Shown here: positions 50,999-64,000 of the stretch, piece by piece
How positions within the stretch are numbered: the stretch's first letter is position 1
How the letters are laid out: the number at the start of each line of letters is the position of its first letter
Origin: Octopus sinensis
Taxonomy: Eukaryota
Direction: 5' to 3'
Assembly: GCF_006345805.1 (NCBI RefSeq)
Contig: NC_043009.1
Coordinates: forward strand, 26,536,001 to 26,600,000
DNA: 64,000 nucleotides
Program-made: the position numbers and the translations under genes
The notes under the pieces: generated by a model
Told to the model about the DNA's origin: nothing
What the model saw: only the letters and a program-made list of their open reading frames with translations
The model's database searches: none

Positions 50999-51901
50999 GC
51001 TATGTATATTTCTATAAACTATATATATATATATGAGAAGAGATATTAAGAGAGAATATGTAAAGAACAAGTCAATTTATGTGTGTGTGAAAGAGTGAGG
51101 AAGAGTGAGAGAGAAAGAGAAAGGGAGAAAGAAAGACAGAGGAGTGTGAGAAAGAGGGAAGGAAAGACGGGAACGCGAGAGAGGGAGGAAAGAATGGCTG
51201 AGAGTGGGGTAGCGGAAGAAATTTGCGACTGTTAAAATGGTGGAAAGTAAAACATTCAGTGAAAATCTGTAAGATACTTTGCGCGTGTGTGTGAGAGAGT
51301 GTGTGTGCGTGTGAATGCACGTATCTGTATATTTGCATCTGCACGTGTGTGTTTATATGTGTACATTTTTGAATGCCTCTGTACAAGTCTGTGTGGATGT
51401 ACATGTAAAGGTGTGTTTGCATGCTAGCATGTAAGTTTGTTTCGTGTATGTGAGTATCCATGTTTGTAGATATGTATGTAAATATGAATGTGTGTCTATA
51501 CAGTATATGTATTTATATATGAATAAGGAGAAAAGAGAGAGAAAGAGAGAGAGAGAGAGGGGGGAGAGGGGAGAGAGAGGGGGAGAGGAGGGGAGAGAGA
51601 GAGGCTTATACTGTGACACAGAAAAACAGAGACAGATAGGAATAAAGAGAGACAGAGTAAAATGGAGGAAGAGAAATAGTGCTGGTGAAAGCGTAATTTA
51701 AGTGAAACACAGCCATATTGGAGCGTGAGGTGACTGGAGACCAAAGTGATAGGAGGCATAGTAAGAGGATGGAAATCAATGGGAGATAACTCGATAGAGA
51801 GATAAATAGAGAAGGAGAGAATGACAGGGGAGGAAAAAGAGATATAGAGAGATGGAGTGACAAAAAGAGAGACAGAGAGAGAGAGAAAGAGAGAGAAAGA
51901 C

Positions 51902-51958
<57 letters not shown>

Positions 51959-52395
51959 AAGAGAGAGAAAGACAGAGAGAGAGGAGAGAAAGAGAGAGGG
52001 TGAGATGTTATTTGTTAGTCTATCTCTAATTTTTATTCTTTATTGTTTATATTTCTTCCACAATCAGAAAAATGGCAGCGAATAATTTTTTATTCCATTT
52101 ACTTCTATTAGTGCAGACGTACTAAACTCTCTTCGTATGGATAGTACATGCATACATTCATAGACATATGCATGCATATCTATATCTATATCTATATCTA
52201 CATATATATATATATATATATGCACACACACAGACACATATACATAATTACAACCTATATATACACATATACATCGAAAGCTTAAATACATAAAAATAAA
52301 ATACAAATGTACATGTTACATACAAGCAAAGCACGACGTTCATTTCATTTAGAATCAAGCTATTAAAGAAGATACACATATTCGTAAAAGACACA

Positions 52396-52435
<40 letters not shown>

Positions 52436-52770
52436 CACCACACATACCTATATATATAAGTACATTCAAACACACAAGCATGCATACAGATATGCATACA
52501 TCCATACATCATCCATATATATATATATATATACGCAAAATCCGCATACATACTCCACAGTCACCCGAACCACCGCCATATTTGCACTGCCTGAATACTC
52601 GTCACCGTCATGACACCACCACCACCACCACTACCGCCGCTACCGACACCGCTACATTAAGAATACACAAAGTCTAATTACGGTAGCGTATTCCCAACAC
52701 TAATTTCAAAGTAATTCCATTAAGCGACAGAACGAGATTGTTTTCTCGCTTTGACTTTATGCATACGCAC

Positions 52771-52808
<38 letters not shown>

Positions 52809-53000
52809 CACACAAACACACACATAGTTGAGTATATAATCTATTTATATATACAAACGTATACGTGTGTATGTGTATACTTATGTATGTATATATATAT
52901 ATGTGTGTGGGTGTATAATATATATACTACACACATATAATATATACGTACATATATATATATATACATATATATATATACATACATACTCATACAAATG

Positions 53001-53056
<56 letters not shown>

Positions 53057-53518
53057 CATGCGTTGTTCCGTTTCCCACGTTGTTCCGCTTGCTTTATATC
53101 GAGGTACGGTGACCTTGTATACTGTACTAAAATTGTATACTAAAATTCATTTTTATCTTCTTTCCGGCTTATGTGATGCATCTGCAAACACTGAATCAAA
53201 CTTATGTCCCGGAGAGCGGTAATGTATAGACATATTTGCTTTGTATGATTTATTCGTGATTTTACATTTGTATGGGCATTATACTGAATTCCAAATTATG
53301 TATTGAACTCTTCGAGAGAAAAAATATTTCGATCTACGATGATATATCAATCTATCTAAATGCGCATGTGTATCTAGTACATATCCAACCACCCACCCTC
53401 TATCCATCTATCCGTACGTAATTCTGTCTGTTTATCTGTCAGTTTGCCTCTCTTTTTGTCTGTCTTTCTGTCTGTCTGCCTGTCCATTCAACCGTCCGTC
53501 CTTCCATCTATTTGTATG

Positions 53519-53575
<57 letters not shown>

Positions 53576-53746
53576 TATCTATCACTCTATCTATCACTCT
53601 CTCTATCTTTCTCCCTCTCCCTCTTTCTTCCCCTCTCTCTCCCCCTTTCTCTCTCTCTCTCTCTCTATCTCGCTCTAACGCCAACGCTTCAGGATTTCCT
53701 GGAACGACTTAATTAATCCTAATGAGCAAAGTATTTAATATATTAC

Positions 53747-53985
53747 GGGCGGCGAGCTGGCAGAATCGCTAGCACACCGGGCGAAATGCTTAGCGGTATT
53801 TCGTCTGTCTTTACGTTCTGAGTTCAAATTCTGCCGAGGTCGACATTGCCTTTCATCCTTTCGAGGTCGATTAAATAAGTACCAGTTACTTATTACTGGG
53901 GTTGAAGTAATCGACTTAATCCCTTTGTCTGTCCTTATATGTTTCCTCTATGTTTAGCCCCCCTGTGGGCAATAACGAAATCAAT
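53747..53985 (+). mobile_element. SINE family B
   Basis: ggcggcgagctggcagaatcgctagcacaccgggcgaaatgcttagcgg.. full unit. Confidence 0.9.
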
Positions 53986-54039
53986 ATATTAAGTATTTAA
54001 TATATTAATAGTGTTGATATCTTTTTAAAATCTTTTATC

Positions 54040-54975
54040 TTTTACTTGTTTCAGTCATTAGATTGCGGCCATCCTGGAACACGGGTTTAGTCGAAAACCA
54101 GTACTTATTTTAAAGTCTGTTAATTATTCTATTAGTCTTTTCGCCGAATCACTAAGTAAAGAACCACTAAGTAAAGAAACAAACATCGATTGACAAAATG
54201 TGGCGGGAGCAACACAGACAAACAGACAGATAGACAGACAGATAGACAGACAGACAGACAGATAGATAGATAGATAAATAGATAGATAAGTAGATATATG
54301 ATAGATAGATAGATAGACAGACGGACAGACAGATCGACACACACACACACATATCTTTTACTCTTTTCCGTGTTTCAATCATTTGATAGCGACCACGCTG
54401 GACTTTTAGTCGAGAAAATCGATCCCAGGATTTATTCTTTGTAAGCCTAGTACTTATTGTATCGGTTTCTTATACCGAACCACTATATAATGGGACGTAA
54501 ACACACCAAAATCGGTTGTCAAACGATGATTGGGAACAAACACAGACACAAAGACACACATAAATACAGACACATATACACATACAAAGATACACACACA
54601 CACACACACACACACACGACGGGCTTCTTTCAGTTTCCGTCTAACGAATCCATTCACAAGGCTTGGTCAGACCGAGGCTATATTAGAAGACATTTGCTCA
54701 AGGTGTCACGCATAGGGCCTGAACCCGGAACCATATGGTTGGAAAGCAAGCTTCTTACCACACAAACACGCATACATTATATACGCACGCACATACATAC
54801 AGATACACATATGTATATACAGGTATACGGGCGTTTTTCAATTTCTGTCTATGAAATCCACCCACATGGCCTGGGGCTATAATGAAAGACAATAGCTCTG
54901 AGGAGCCACGCAGCAGGACTGAACCAAAGATCACATGGTTTGGAAGCTATCTTCTTACCACGCAGCCACGCATGT
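54040..54975 (-). mobile_element. Cluster of SINE family A copies
   Basis: Tails at ~54040 and ~54355; heads at ~54760 and ~54970. Confidence 0.8.
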
Positions 54976-54997
54976 ACCTGTGTAAAAGGCTTGTATT

Positions 54998-55185
54998 TGG
55001 CGGCGAGCTGGCAGACTCGACGTCTTCTGGCTCTTTACGTTTTAAGTTCAAATCCCGCCGTTGTCATCTTTATATCTTTCATCTTTTTGGGCTCGTTAAA
55101 ATAGCAACAGTCAAGTACTGTGGTCGATGTAACCGACCTGCCCCTTCTCTTCAAAATTGCAGGCCACGTGCCAAAATTTAGAAAG
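54998..55185 (+). mobile_element. Diverged SINE family B
   Basis: ggcggcgagctggcaga..ctttacgttttaagttcaaatcccgccg. Confidence 0.7.
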
Positions 55186-55867
55186 TATACTGAATATATT
55201 TATGACACAAACCACCACCACCACCACCACCACCACCACCATCAGCAGCAGCAGCAGCAACAGGAACAACAACAGCAGCAGCAATCTGATCGTTTGAAAC
55301 TAATGTAGTACATAAGGCAATCCAACTGAGTGGTGGTCACTTGCTCTATTAGTAGTCTCTTTAATTTCACGTCCCAACGCCTTTTAAACATAAAAGACAA
55401 TTACGAGTGTTTCTAGATAGACTATGCTATGCTTGGAAATAAATTTTTAAAATCTTGATGGTCACGACAGGAGCGCTTTTGATAATAGTTCTGGTCAACA
55501 GTGTTTTGACCGAGAGCAAAACATTAGAATATTACATACTACAATATACTACGGCCTGTACATTCGATATTAAAAACAACATAGCGACACAACACACCGC
55601 GTCACAGAGCGAAACAAGACACTACACCACCACTCTGAGTGTGGGGGAGGGGACTCAAAGTGGTTGCTAGACTTGCAAAATTTAACAGCTAAACTGTCCT
55701 CAAATTACTCTGTACAGTCTTAAAAGGACGCACGCATTTGGTAAACATGTGGTCCTGAAATTCCAGCAGATGGGGAATCAATAGGACGGCCACGATTGGA
55801 AAACAATACCTTTTTTGCCATGAGTCGGTTGTGAGGGTCGATCTGAGGCTAAACCAGAACACCAATA

Positions 55868-55907
<40 letters not shown>

Positions 55908-56108
55908 ACTACTACTGCTGCTATAAAATATATCAGTGCAGTGTCACTATCACAGGAGGTGGGGTTAGTTTGAAATATGTTGTGGAACAAAGATGGAAGC
56001 CCAAAGGAAAATGCCAAATGAACCTAACAACAATAATAACAGCAACAAAAACAACAACACAAACAAATCAAATACCACCACCACCACCACCACTACCACT
56101 TCCACTAT

Positions 56109-56153
<45 letters not shown>

Positions 56154-56787
56154 CAAGAGTAACAGCAACAACAACAACAGCAATCACGAAATAATTTGTC
56201 TTCCATCTTCCATAATTCTATGAGTAATAAATAATTTGTTGCAAAGGCACAAGATTTCTTTTTGAAAAAGAAGCTATTAAACTTCTTCCTTTCTTTCACT
56301 TTACCCCTTCCTTTCTTTTTTCCTACTCATTCTTCTCTCGTGCTATCTTACAATCACCTTTCCCCTCCCCTTCTCCCTTATTCTCTCCTCTTTCTTTTTT
56401 CTCTTTTACGTTCTTCCTCTTCTTTTACACGTTCATTCTTCTTTTACTCGTTCTTCCTTCATTTCATTCCTTCCCTGTTTCCTTATTCTTCCAATTAATT
56501 ATTCCTTCGCTTTAGCTTTTACCTTTGAAATTTGCAATTTCTTCTTGTTTCAAGCTTTTCTCCTTCATTCATTTTTATTCCCTGACTTTCCTGTCTCTCT
56601 GTTTCCCAGTGAGTCTCTGCGCGTGCGTGTGTGTCTTCCTGTCTGTCTGTATGTCTTCCTGTCCGCCTCTCCATCTCTGTGCGTGTGTATTTTCCTGTCT
56701 GTCTGTGTATCTTCCTGTCTTTCTATCTCTTTCCTCTTTCCTTCCAAGCATCCCCTCTCACTCTTCCTTTACCCTTTACTTTTTTAT

Positions 56788-57005
56788 TTGCTTCAGTTAT
56801 TGGATTGCGGCAATGCTGGAGCACCAGCTTGAAGGATTCAATCGACCAAATCTACACGGTTTCTGTCTACCAAATCCGCTTAAAAGGCGGTGATCAATCT
56901 GAGCTTATTGTAGAAGACACTTGCTCAAGGTGCCTCGTAGTGGGTTTGAACCCGAAATCACATAGTTGCAAAGTAATCTTCTTAACAACAGAGCCATGGC
57001 TGTGT
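56788..57005 (-). mobile_element. Internally deleted SINE family A
   Basis: atgctggagcacc..ttctgtctaccaaatcc..gtagaagacacttgctcaaggtgcc. Confidence 0.75.
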
Positions 57006-57288
57006 TGTGACCATGCCTGTAGCTTTCTTTTTTTACTTTTAACCGCTCTTTCATCTATTTTTCTTTGTCATTCTTTCATTTTTATCTTCCTATATGTGTA
57101 TGGCCGCGCGTGCGTAAGGTGTGTGTGTGTTGTGGGTCTGTCTGTTTGTCTCTTCCTGTTTGTCCATCTCTTTCCTCCTTTCTTGTATTGTTTCTGTTTT
57201 TTTTTCAACTTTTCTTACGCTCGTTTCTTTTCGGCATTTATTCGTTCCCACACTCTATCAAATTTCTTTCTTTTCCTCATCAGTATAT

Positions 57289-57322
<34 letters not shown>

Positions 57323-57388
57323 ATTACATCCATAGTATATATATGTATATGCGCGCGCGCGCGCGCGCGTGTGTGTGTGTGTATGTAT

Positions 57389-57436
57389 GTCTCTGATGAA
57401 GGGATATCCGTAATATCCCAGAAACAGCTGTAAGAC
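57389..57436 (+). ncRNA. Minimal type I hammerhead ribozyme motif
   Basis: gucu CUGAUGA a gggauau[ccgua]auauccc a GAAA cagcug UA agac; predicted cleavage after 57432. Confidence 0.82.
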
Positions 57437-57499
57437 TATTTCATTATAAATGTCATGAAAACTCCTCACAGCCTTGGATTTATTATCTCATTCTGTCTA

Positions 57500-57543
<44 letters not shown>

Positions 57544-58757
57544 CTTTATGTATGTATTTTATATCTGAGGAAGGAACTGGTTTCTAACAAAGAAATAAAA
57601 TTCCATCGTTGGAATGCTGATAACAAATGCAAATACTTAAAATTTAAGAAATCCCTTGCATACATTTACTGTTCCCCTTACAGGTTGTATTTGTAATGTA
57701 CGCGTTGACTGGTTGAATTCTTTTACTAACTGTCCTCGTTTATCCAGATTGTCACTCAAGCGTTTACTCACAAAGCCAAGTGTACCAGATATTATTGGTA
57801 TAAATGTGAATCTATAATCTGGGGATAGAAGCTAGAGGTTTCGAAGCAGTTGCACGTAGTTATCTTTTTTTTCTTTGATTTTCATTCTTTTATTCTTTTA
57901 TTTTCATTCTTTCATTCGCTCCATTCTCTCGTTCCCACTGTCCCTTATTTTGCTTCATTCTCTCATACTCTCTCTTCGTTTATTCCCTCGTTCCATCCAC
58001 TCTTTCATTTACTCCAGTCTTTTAGTCGCTCCGTTCTTTCATTCTTGTTATTATCTCATTCTCTCTATTCCTTAACTTCCTTCATTCTCTCATTCTCACC
58101 ATTCTTCTTTCATTTCTTCCATTTTTCCTTACCCTCTATTCTCTCATCCCTTCATTCCTTCATTCTCCCATTCTCTCATTTCCTCCATTTCTTCATTCCT
58201 CATTCCATACAATTTCTCTCAGTCTTTTTTTTTTTTACTGTCCCCATTATCATATTTTTCCGTTCTGCAGTATATTTTAATATTTTCTTTTATATTTGTT
58301 TCAGTTTGCTTTCTTTTTTTAGTTTTTATTTCAATCAACTTATTTATTTATTTATCCATTTTTTCTGTGGAAATTCTTGATAATTTATTTCCGTCGTCTG
58401 CCAAAGATATTCAATAACAGTGACACGTATTCAGGTAACCCAGTTTATCTACGTCAATCTCAATTCGAAACTACGTTCTCAACGACTGCAGCTTGTACCA
58501 ACGGAATATTAATGCTAAAGAAATGCAAAGTACAAACACCCCACCACGCATACATACAAACACATACATACACACATGCATACATTCTATACACCGACAT
58601 ATTCCATCGTATGTGCACATACATATGTATTCATTTATATACACAATCATAGACACACAGTCACTCATACAAACAATTGCATTCTCGCATTCATGCAAAC
58701 TTTCATTTATTGATACATAATTACAAAATACAGTGATGCATATATACATATACATAG

Positions 58758-58794
<37 letters not shown>

Positions 58795-58811
58795 ATACAT
58801 ATATATAATAC

Positions 58812-58858
<47 letters not shown>

Positions 58859-59007
58859 CATATATATATACATATATATATATATACATATATCTATATA
58901 CTATATATATATATATACATATATATATACATATATATAGGTATATCCATATATATATACATATATATCATATATATACCTATATATATACATATATATA
59001 TATATAT

Positions 59008-59038
<31 letters not shown>

Positions 59039-59241
59039 TATCTATATAATATATATATACATATTAATACATATTATATCATATATAATATATATATATA
59101 TATATATTATAATCTATATATATATATATAATATTCGTAAACATATATACACATACATACATACATACTACATACATAGATTGTGGTGCGTATACGTATG
59201 ACTCCTGTTCACTTTTTCATTCATTGAAATATTTATTGAAT

Positions 59242-59273
<32 letters not shown>

Positions 59274-59958
59274 ACATATATATATAGTACATATATATAT
59301 ATGTATGTATAAATATAGTATATATATGTATATATGATGTATATATATATGTACATATATATGTGTATGTATTTATATATATTTGTATATATATATACAT
59401 ACATATATATGCATCTATATATATAAGTGTATATATATATATACATATATATGCATGTATATATATATATATTATATATATATATATAAAAAAGATCAAA
59501 ATATACATACATACATTCATACTCACATACGTCGACAGATATAATGAATATATACATTTCCATAAGATATTGATGCATACAAAGAAATACATATTCACAC
59601 ATGTACAAATGCATGCAGTATGCGCATATACACATTCATGTACATATAAATATGCATATTATGCATACATGCACATATATGCATTATGATTCTATTATGG
59701 ATCTCATTACGTATGCATTATGTATAGATATGTATTCAAACATTTGATTATATCGTAATATATTGGCAATTTCGCTATCTTTCTCACTGCCCAAGTATGT
59801 TACGCACACACACACACACATTAACAAACATACATACAAACACGTATACACACGCATAGATAACCAGACACGCGCATACACAGGTACTCTGTCATATACA
59901 TACGTACACACACTCTCACGTCTATGTATGCATGCATGTATATATCTATACCTATACC

Positions 59959-59998
<40 letters not shown>

Positions 59999-60011
59999 TA
60001 TAGTATATATA

Positions 60012-60057
<46 letters not shown>

Positions 60058-60436
60058 TCGCGTGTTCAAGAATAACTCGCGCTCTACAAATGTATAAAGA
60101 ACCCATCAGGTTAATGTAAAATTATCATCATAATAGAAAGCACAAAGTTTATATTATATATATATATATATATATATCTATATATATATATATATATATA
60201 TATGTGTATATATATATATAATGCACTATACATCATGCACAGTTAGTTATATATACTGTAAAAGCCAATTAGATTGCATGCTATCTGTATAATGCATCAA
60301 AGTTTTAATATACATTGTCATTTAGGATATATATGTATGCATATATATATTTATATATATGTGTATGTGTGTGTATATATATATGTATATATGTATATAT
60401 ATAAATAAATATATATAAGTGTATATACAAATAAGA

Positions 60437-60736
60437 GGAGGCGCAATGGCCCAGTGGTTAGGGCAGCGGACTGGCAGTCGTAGGATCGCGGTTTCAATTC
60501 CGAGACCGGGCATTGTGTGTGTTTATTGAGCGAAAACACCTAAAAGCTCCACGAAGCTCCGGCAGCGGGTGGTGATCCCCGCTGTACTCTTTCATCACTC
60601 TATCTCATCACTCTGTTGGCCTGCTCGCTTAGCCAGCGGGGTGGCGTCGTTCGAAAGCTAAAACAATGCGAACGCATTGTGACCAGCGATGTGTAGCAAT
60701 ATCTGATGGTCTGGTCGGGTACGTGATCACGTGATA
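60437..60736 (+). mobile_element. tRNA-derived SINE family C (3' module 3)
   Basis: ggaggcgcaatggcccagtggttagggcagcggactggcagtcgtaggatcgcggtttcaattcc head; third distinct tail. Confidence 0.85.
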
Positions 60737-62005
60737 TACAAATAAACATATATATATATAAATGTATATATAAATAAACATATATATATAAATGTATACA
60801 TATATATAGATGTATATATATATATATGGATATATATATATATATATATGTATATATATGGACATATATATAAATATACATATAGTGTGTGTATGTATAT
60901 ATATAGTTTGTGTGTGTATGTTTGTATATATATATATACACATATATACAGTGTGTGTGTATGTATGTTATGCACACAAAATTTTGTACATTTGGTAAAG
61001 GTTTGAGAAATATTCGCAAAATATGTGATCCATCTTTAGAGCTAATATTTAAACTAAATTATATTTTATAATTCTATATTTCTACATTTCTGCATTATAT
61101 GTATTTATTGTACTTTATTGAATAGGGCTCTTAGTAAGAGCTTTGTCTCTCTGTCTTTACCCTCCCATGTGAGCTAGTGAGTGTGTGTGTGTGTGTGTGT
61201 GTGGTAGTGTGTGTGTGTGTGTGTTTGTGTGGATGCATTGTGCCTGTATCTGCTATGGATCTACTATGATTGTACGTTAGTGTCCGTCATGTTAGCTCTC
61301 TAATCGTCACCAGATCCCTGCTTATTATTTAAAGCAAAAGACAAGGTTATAACGTATAGCTTTATGCGTGATGTAACTGCTGTTTCTTCTATTTCTTCGA
61401 AAACACATAAAAGAAATTTATTACTGAGTCTAAACTATTTGTGATAATATATTTCTCAGTGAAACACAATACGCATTGTTTGGAACCATTACTCAAATAT
61501 AAAAGGCAATGCACAATACAATATTTAAAAAAAAATGGTGCATAATATGATTACATATTGGTAATATAAGGCCCATGAATTAGAGTTGTTTCGGTGAATC
61601 CAAATGTCTTATCTTTGGTCCTATTATTTTGAAAAGTCTGTGCTTACACAACAAAATGATTTTCCTCTTCCAGAAGAGGTTACACATTCATTACCTCTTA
61701 TATTGCCTATTAGTCTTTTATATTGTCTATTAGAACATGTTAGATTAACTACCTTCTATATTTCCATTTAGTTTTTTTATTGTCTACTTGTCTATTAGTT
61801 ACAGATTAACTACCGTTTTTATCGTCTATTAGTGGAAGTACTTCTTGAACGGACGGTAATTGTTTCGTCACATTATAATTTTGTTGTTGCACATTGGATT
61901 GAACACTCCATAGTTCTCTTTCACTCTCTCTGTCTCTGTCTCGTGTATTTATGTTGTTGCTTGTGATGGGTGAGTTGTTTGCAATAGTGTTGCAATAGTG
62001 TTTAA

Positions 62006-62078
<73 letters not shown>

Positions 62079-62177
62079 GTATGTGTGTGTATGTACTTAT
62101 ATGAATATATGTGTACGTATAATATATACATATATACATTTATGTCTGTATGTGTGTCTATCTGTCCATCTGTTAGC

Positions 62178-62276
<99 letters not shown>

Positions 62277-62321
62277 CCAAGCTAGCTAGCTAGCTTGCAA
62301 TGTGCGCATGTCTCTGTAAAA

Positions 62322-64000
62322 AAAATTAGTAAACTATCAAAGACTATCAGGCAAAAATTCTGGGTCATCAATTAGAATTAAAGGGGGATCAGCTAAGAAG
62401 CGTTTAGAAAATTGGTCAACCCATTTAAAAAACCTCCTTGGGAAGAATGCCAAAATCCCTGATAACCCCACTCTTCCAAGTGTGCCTATATCAGACATGC
62501 TGGACATCAACACCTCCCCTTTTACCATATTTGAACTAACAGCAGCCACCAAGCAACTAAAAGCCTCGAAAGCATTTGGTCCCGACAACATCCCAGCTGT
62601 AATTTGGAAGGATGATAGATTTCACACACTTTTGCTCAACCTCTGCAACCACACACTTTCCACCTTTGTCGCTCCAAAGATTTGGCACCAATCTCAAATT
62701 CCAGTACCCAAAAAAGGCGATTTATCCCTCGTCACCAACTACAGGGGCATATCTCTAATGTCAATTGCTGCAAAACTGTACAACAAACTGATCTTAAATC
62801 GTCTTGTCATTTTTGTTGAACCTTTGCTCCGAAAGAACCAAAATGGATTCAGACATGGGCGCTCAACGCTGAGCCAGATACTATGCCTACGCAGACTTAT
62901 TGAAGAATCAAAAGCATTTAATCGCGATCTTGCAATGGTATTTGTAGACTTTTCTAAAGCGTTCGATTCTGTAGATAGGTACAAGATGTTTGAAATCCTT
63001 AAGCTCTATTGGATACCCAACAAATCATTTCTGCCATCAAGGTCCTCTACACAGATACGTCTTCAACCATCTTAACCCCTGACGGAGAAACATCATCTTT
63101 CTCAATCAAAGCCGGAATACTGCAGGGAGACACACTCGCCCCATTTCTTTTCATCATTGTTGTTGATTATGTGCTACGTATGTCATTTGATACCATCTCT
63201 GCAAGGGCTTTGAAATAAAAACCAGAAGTTCCAGACACCCAGCTGAATACTTGACAGACACTGACTTTGCTGACGACATCGCTCTTATCAGTGATTCCTC
63301 TCCAATGCCCAGTCTCTTTTACAATCTCTTGAACAAGCCTCAATTGTGTAGGTCTTTACCTCAATGAGGCCAAAACTGAATACATAAACAAGTGCCTGTC
63401 CAACAGTGATTGCATCATCCATACTCTCAACAATGCGCCCTTAAATATGGTTTCTGATTATAAATCTTGGGTCATACATATCATCATCTGGAAAAGACTT
63501 TCTAACTAGAAAGGGTATGGCCTGGTCAGCCTGTAATGACATGCATAAGATCTGGTTATCAAATCTAAGTAGAGACTTCAAACTTGAAATCTTCAAAGCC
63601 ACAATCGAACCAATTCTACTATATGGCTCAGAAACCTGGACGTTATCAAAGAAGCTTGAGAGGCGGTTGGATGGAACCTACACTCGCCTCCTTATGAGAG
63701 CTCAAAATCTCTCGTGGAAGCGCCATCCAACCAAAATGCAAATATATGGGAAACTACCACATGTGTCATCTCTTGTGAAAGGTAGGAGAGTCCAGTTTGC
63801 TGGACATTGTTGTAGAGCTGAAAAAGAAGTAATTTCTACTCTTCTCCACTGGAAGCCATCTACTCGCAATACCAGAAGGCGCACACTCTCCTACCCTGAT
63901 GTAATCTCTAGGGATACAGGCATCCAGCAACAGGACCTCCGTAATGCCATGATGGACCGTGAAGTCTGGCGTAGCATGGTAAATTCCATTGTCTCGACCA
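62322..64000 (+). mobile_element. 5'-truncated RTE-clade LINE, frameshifted RT
   Basis: KAFGPDNI, PKKGDLSLVTNYRGISL, QNGFRHGRST, FVDFSKAFDSV, GILQGDTLAPFLF, FADD (~63266-63277), LLYGSETWT, QFAGHC, MMDREVWR; runs to the window end; no PHD insert. Confidence 0.93.

Noticed and set aside
56631-58380. 234-aa and 176-aa hydrophobic ORFs resembling membrane proteins
   Set aside because: They run through CT/TTCA-rich low-complexity DNA and a SINE; the hydrophobicity is compositional.

Overview
This is animal (eukaryotic) non-genic DNA: very AT-rich, full of microsatellites ((TA)n, (CA)n, (TACA)n, (GATA)n, (TAA)n, (TAG)n) and nested transposon debris. The SINE/LINE/microsatellite profile looks like an octopus (coleoid cephalopod) genome; that is an inference from recalled repeat families, not a search result. 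I found no convincing host gene, rRNA, true tRNA or CRISPR array, and almost all ORFs in the track are microsatellite read-throughs. The real coding remnants all come from mobile elements: two RTE-clade LINEs (one with a C4HC3 PHD finger inserted inside the RT), two Tx1/L1-clade LINEs inserted in tandem in a (TATC)n microsatellite (one near full length with its 3' 3 kb inverted), two R4/Dong-like LINE tails inside (TAA)n, mariner, maT/DD37D-like, Tigger/pogo, FLYWCH-MULE and hAT-like DNA transposons/MITEs, a composite non-autonomous Helitron and at least three SINE families. The main unannotated signals are: (1) four different type I hammerhead ribozyme motifs, one with a ~100-nt stem II insertion, among Penelope-like inverted repeats; (2) an apparent (TATC)n-targeting Tx1 family with a covarying 3'UTR stem-loop; (3) the PHD-in-RT retroelement; (4) several long hairpins. 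There is a 100-N assembly gap at 45650-45749.
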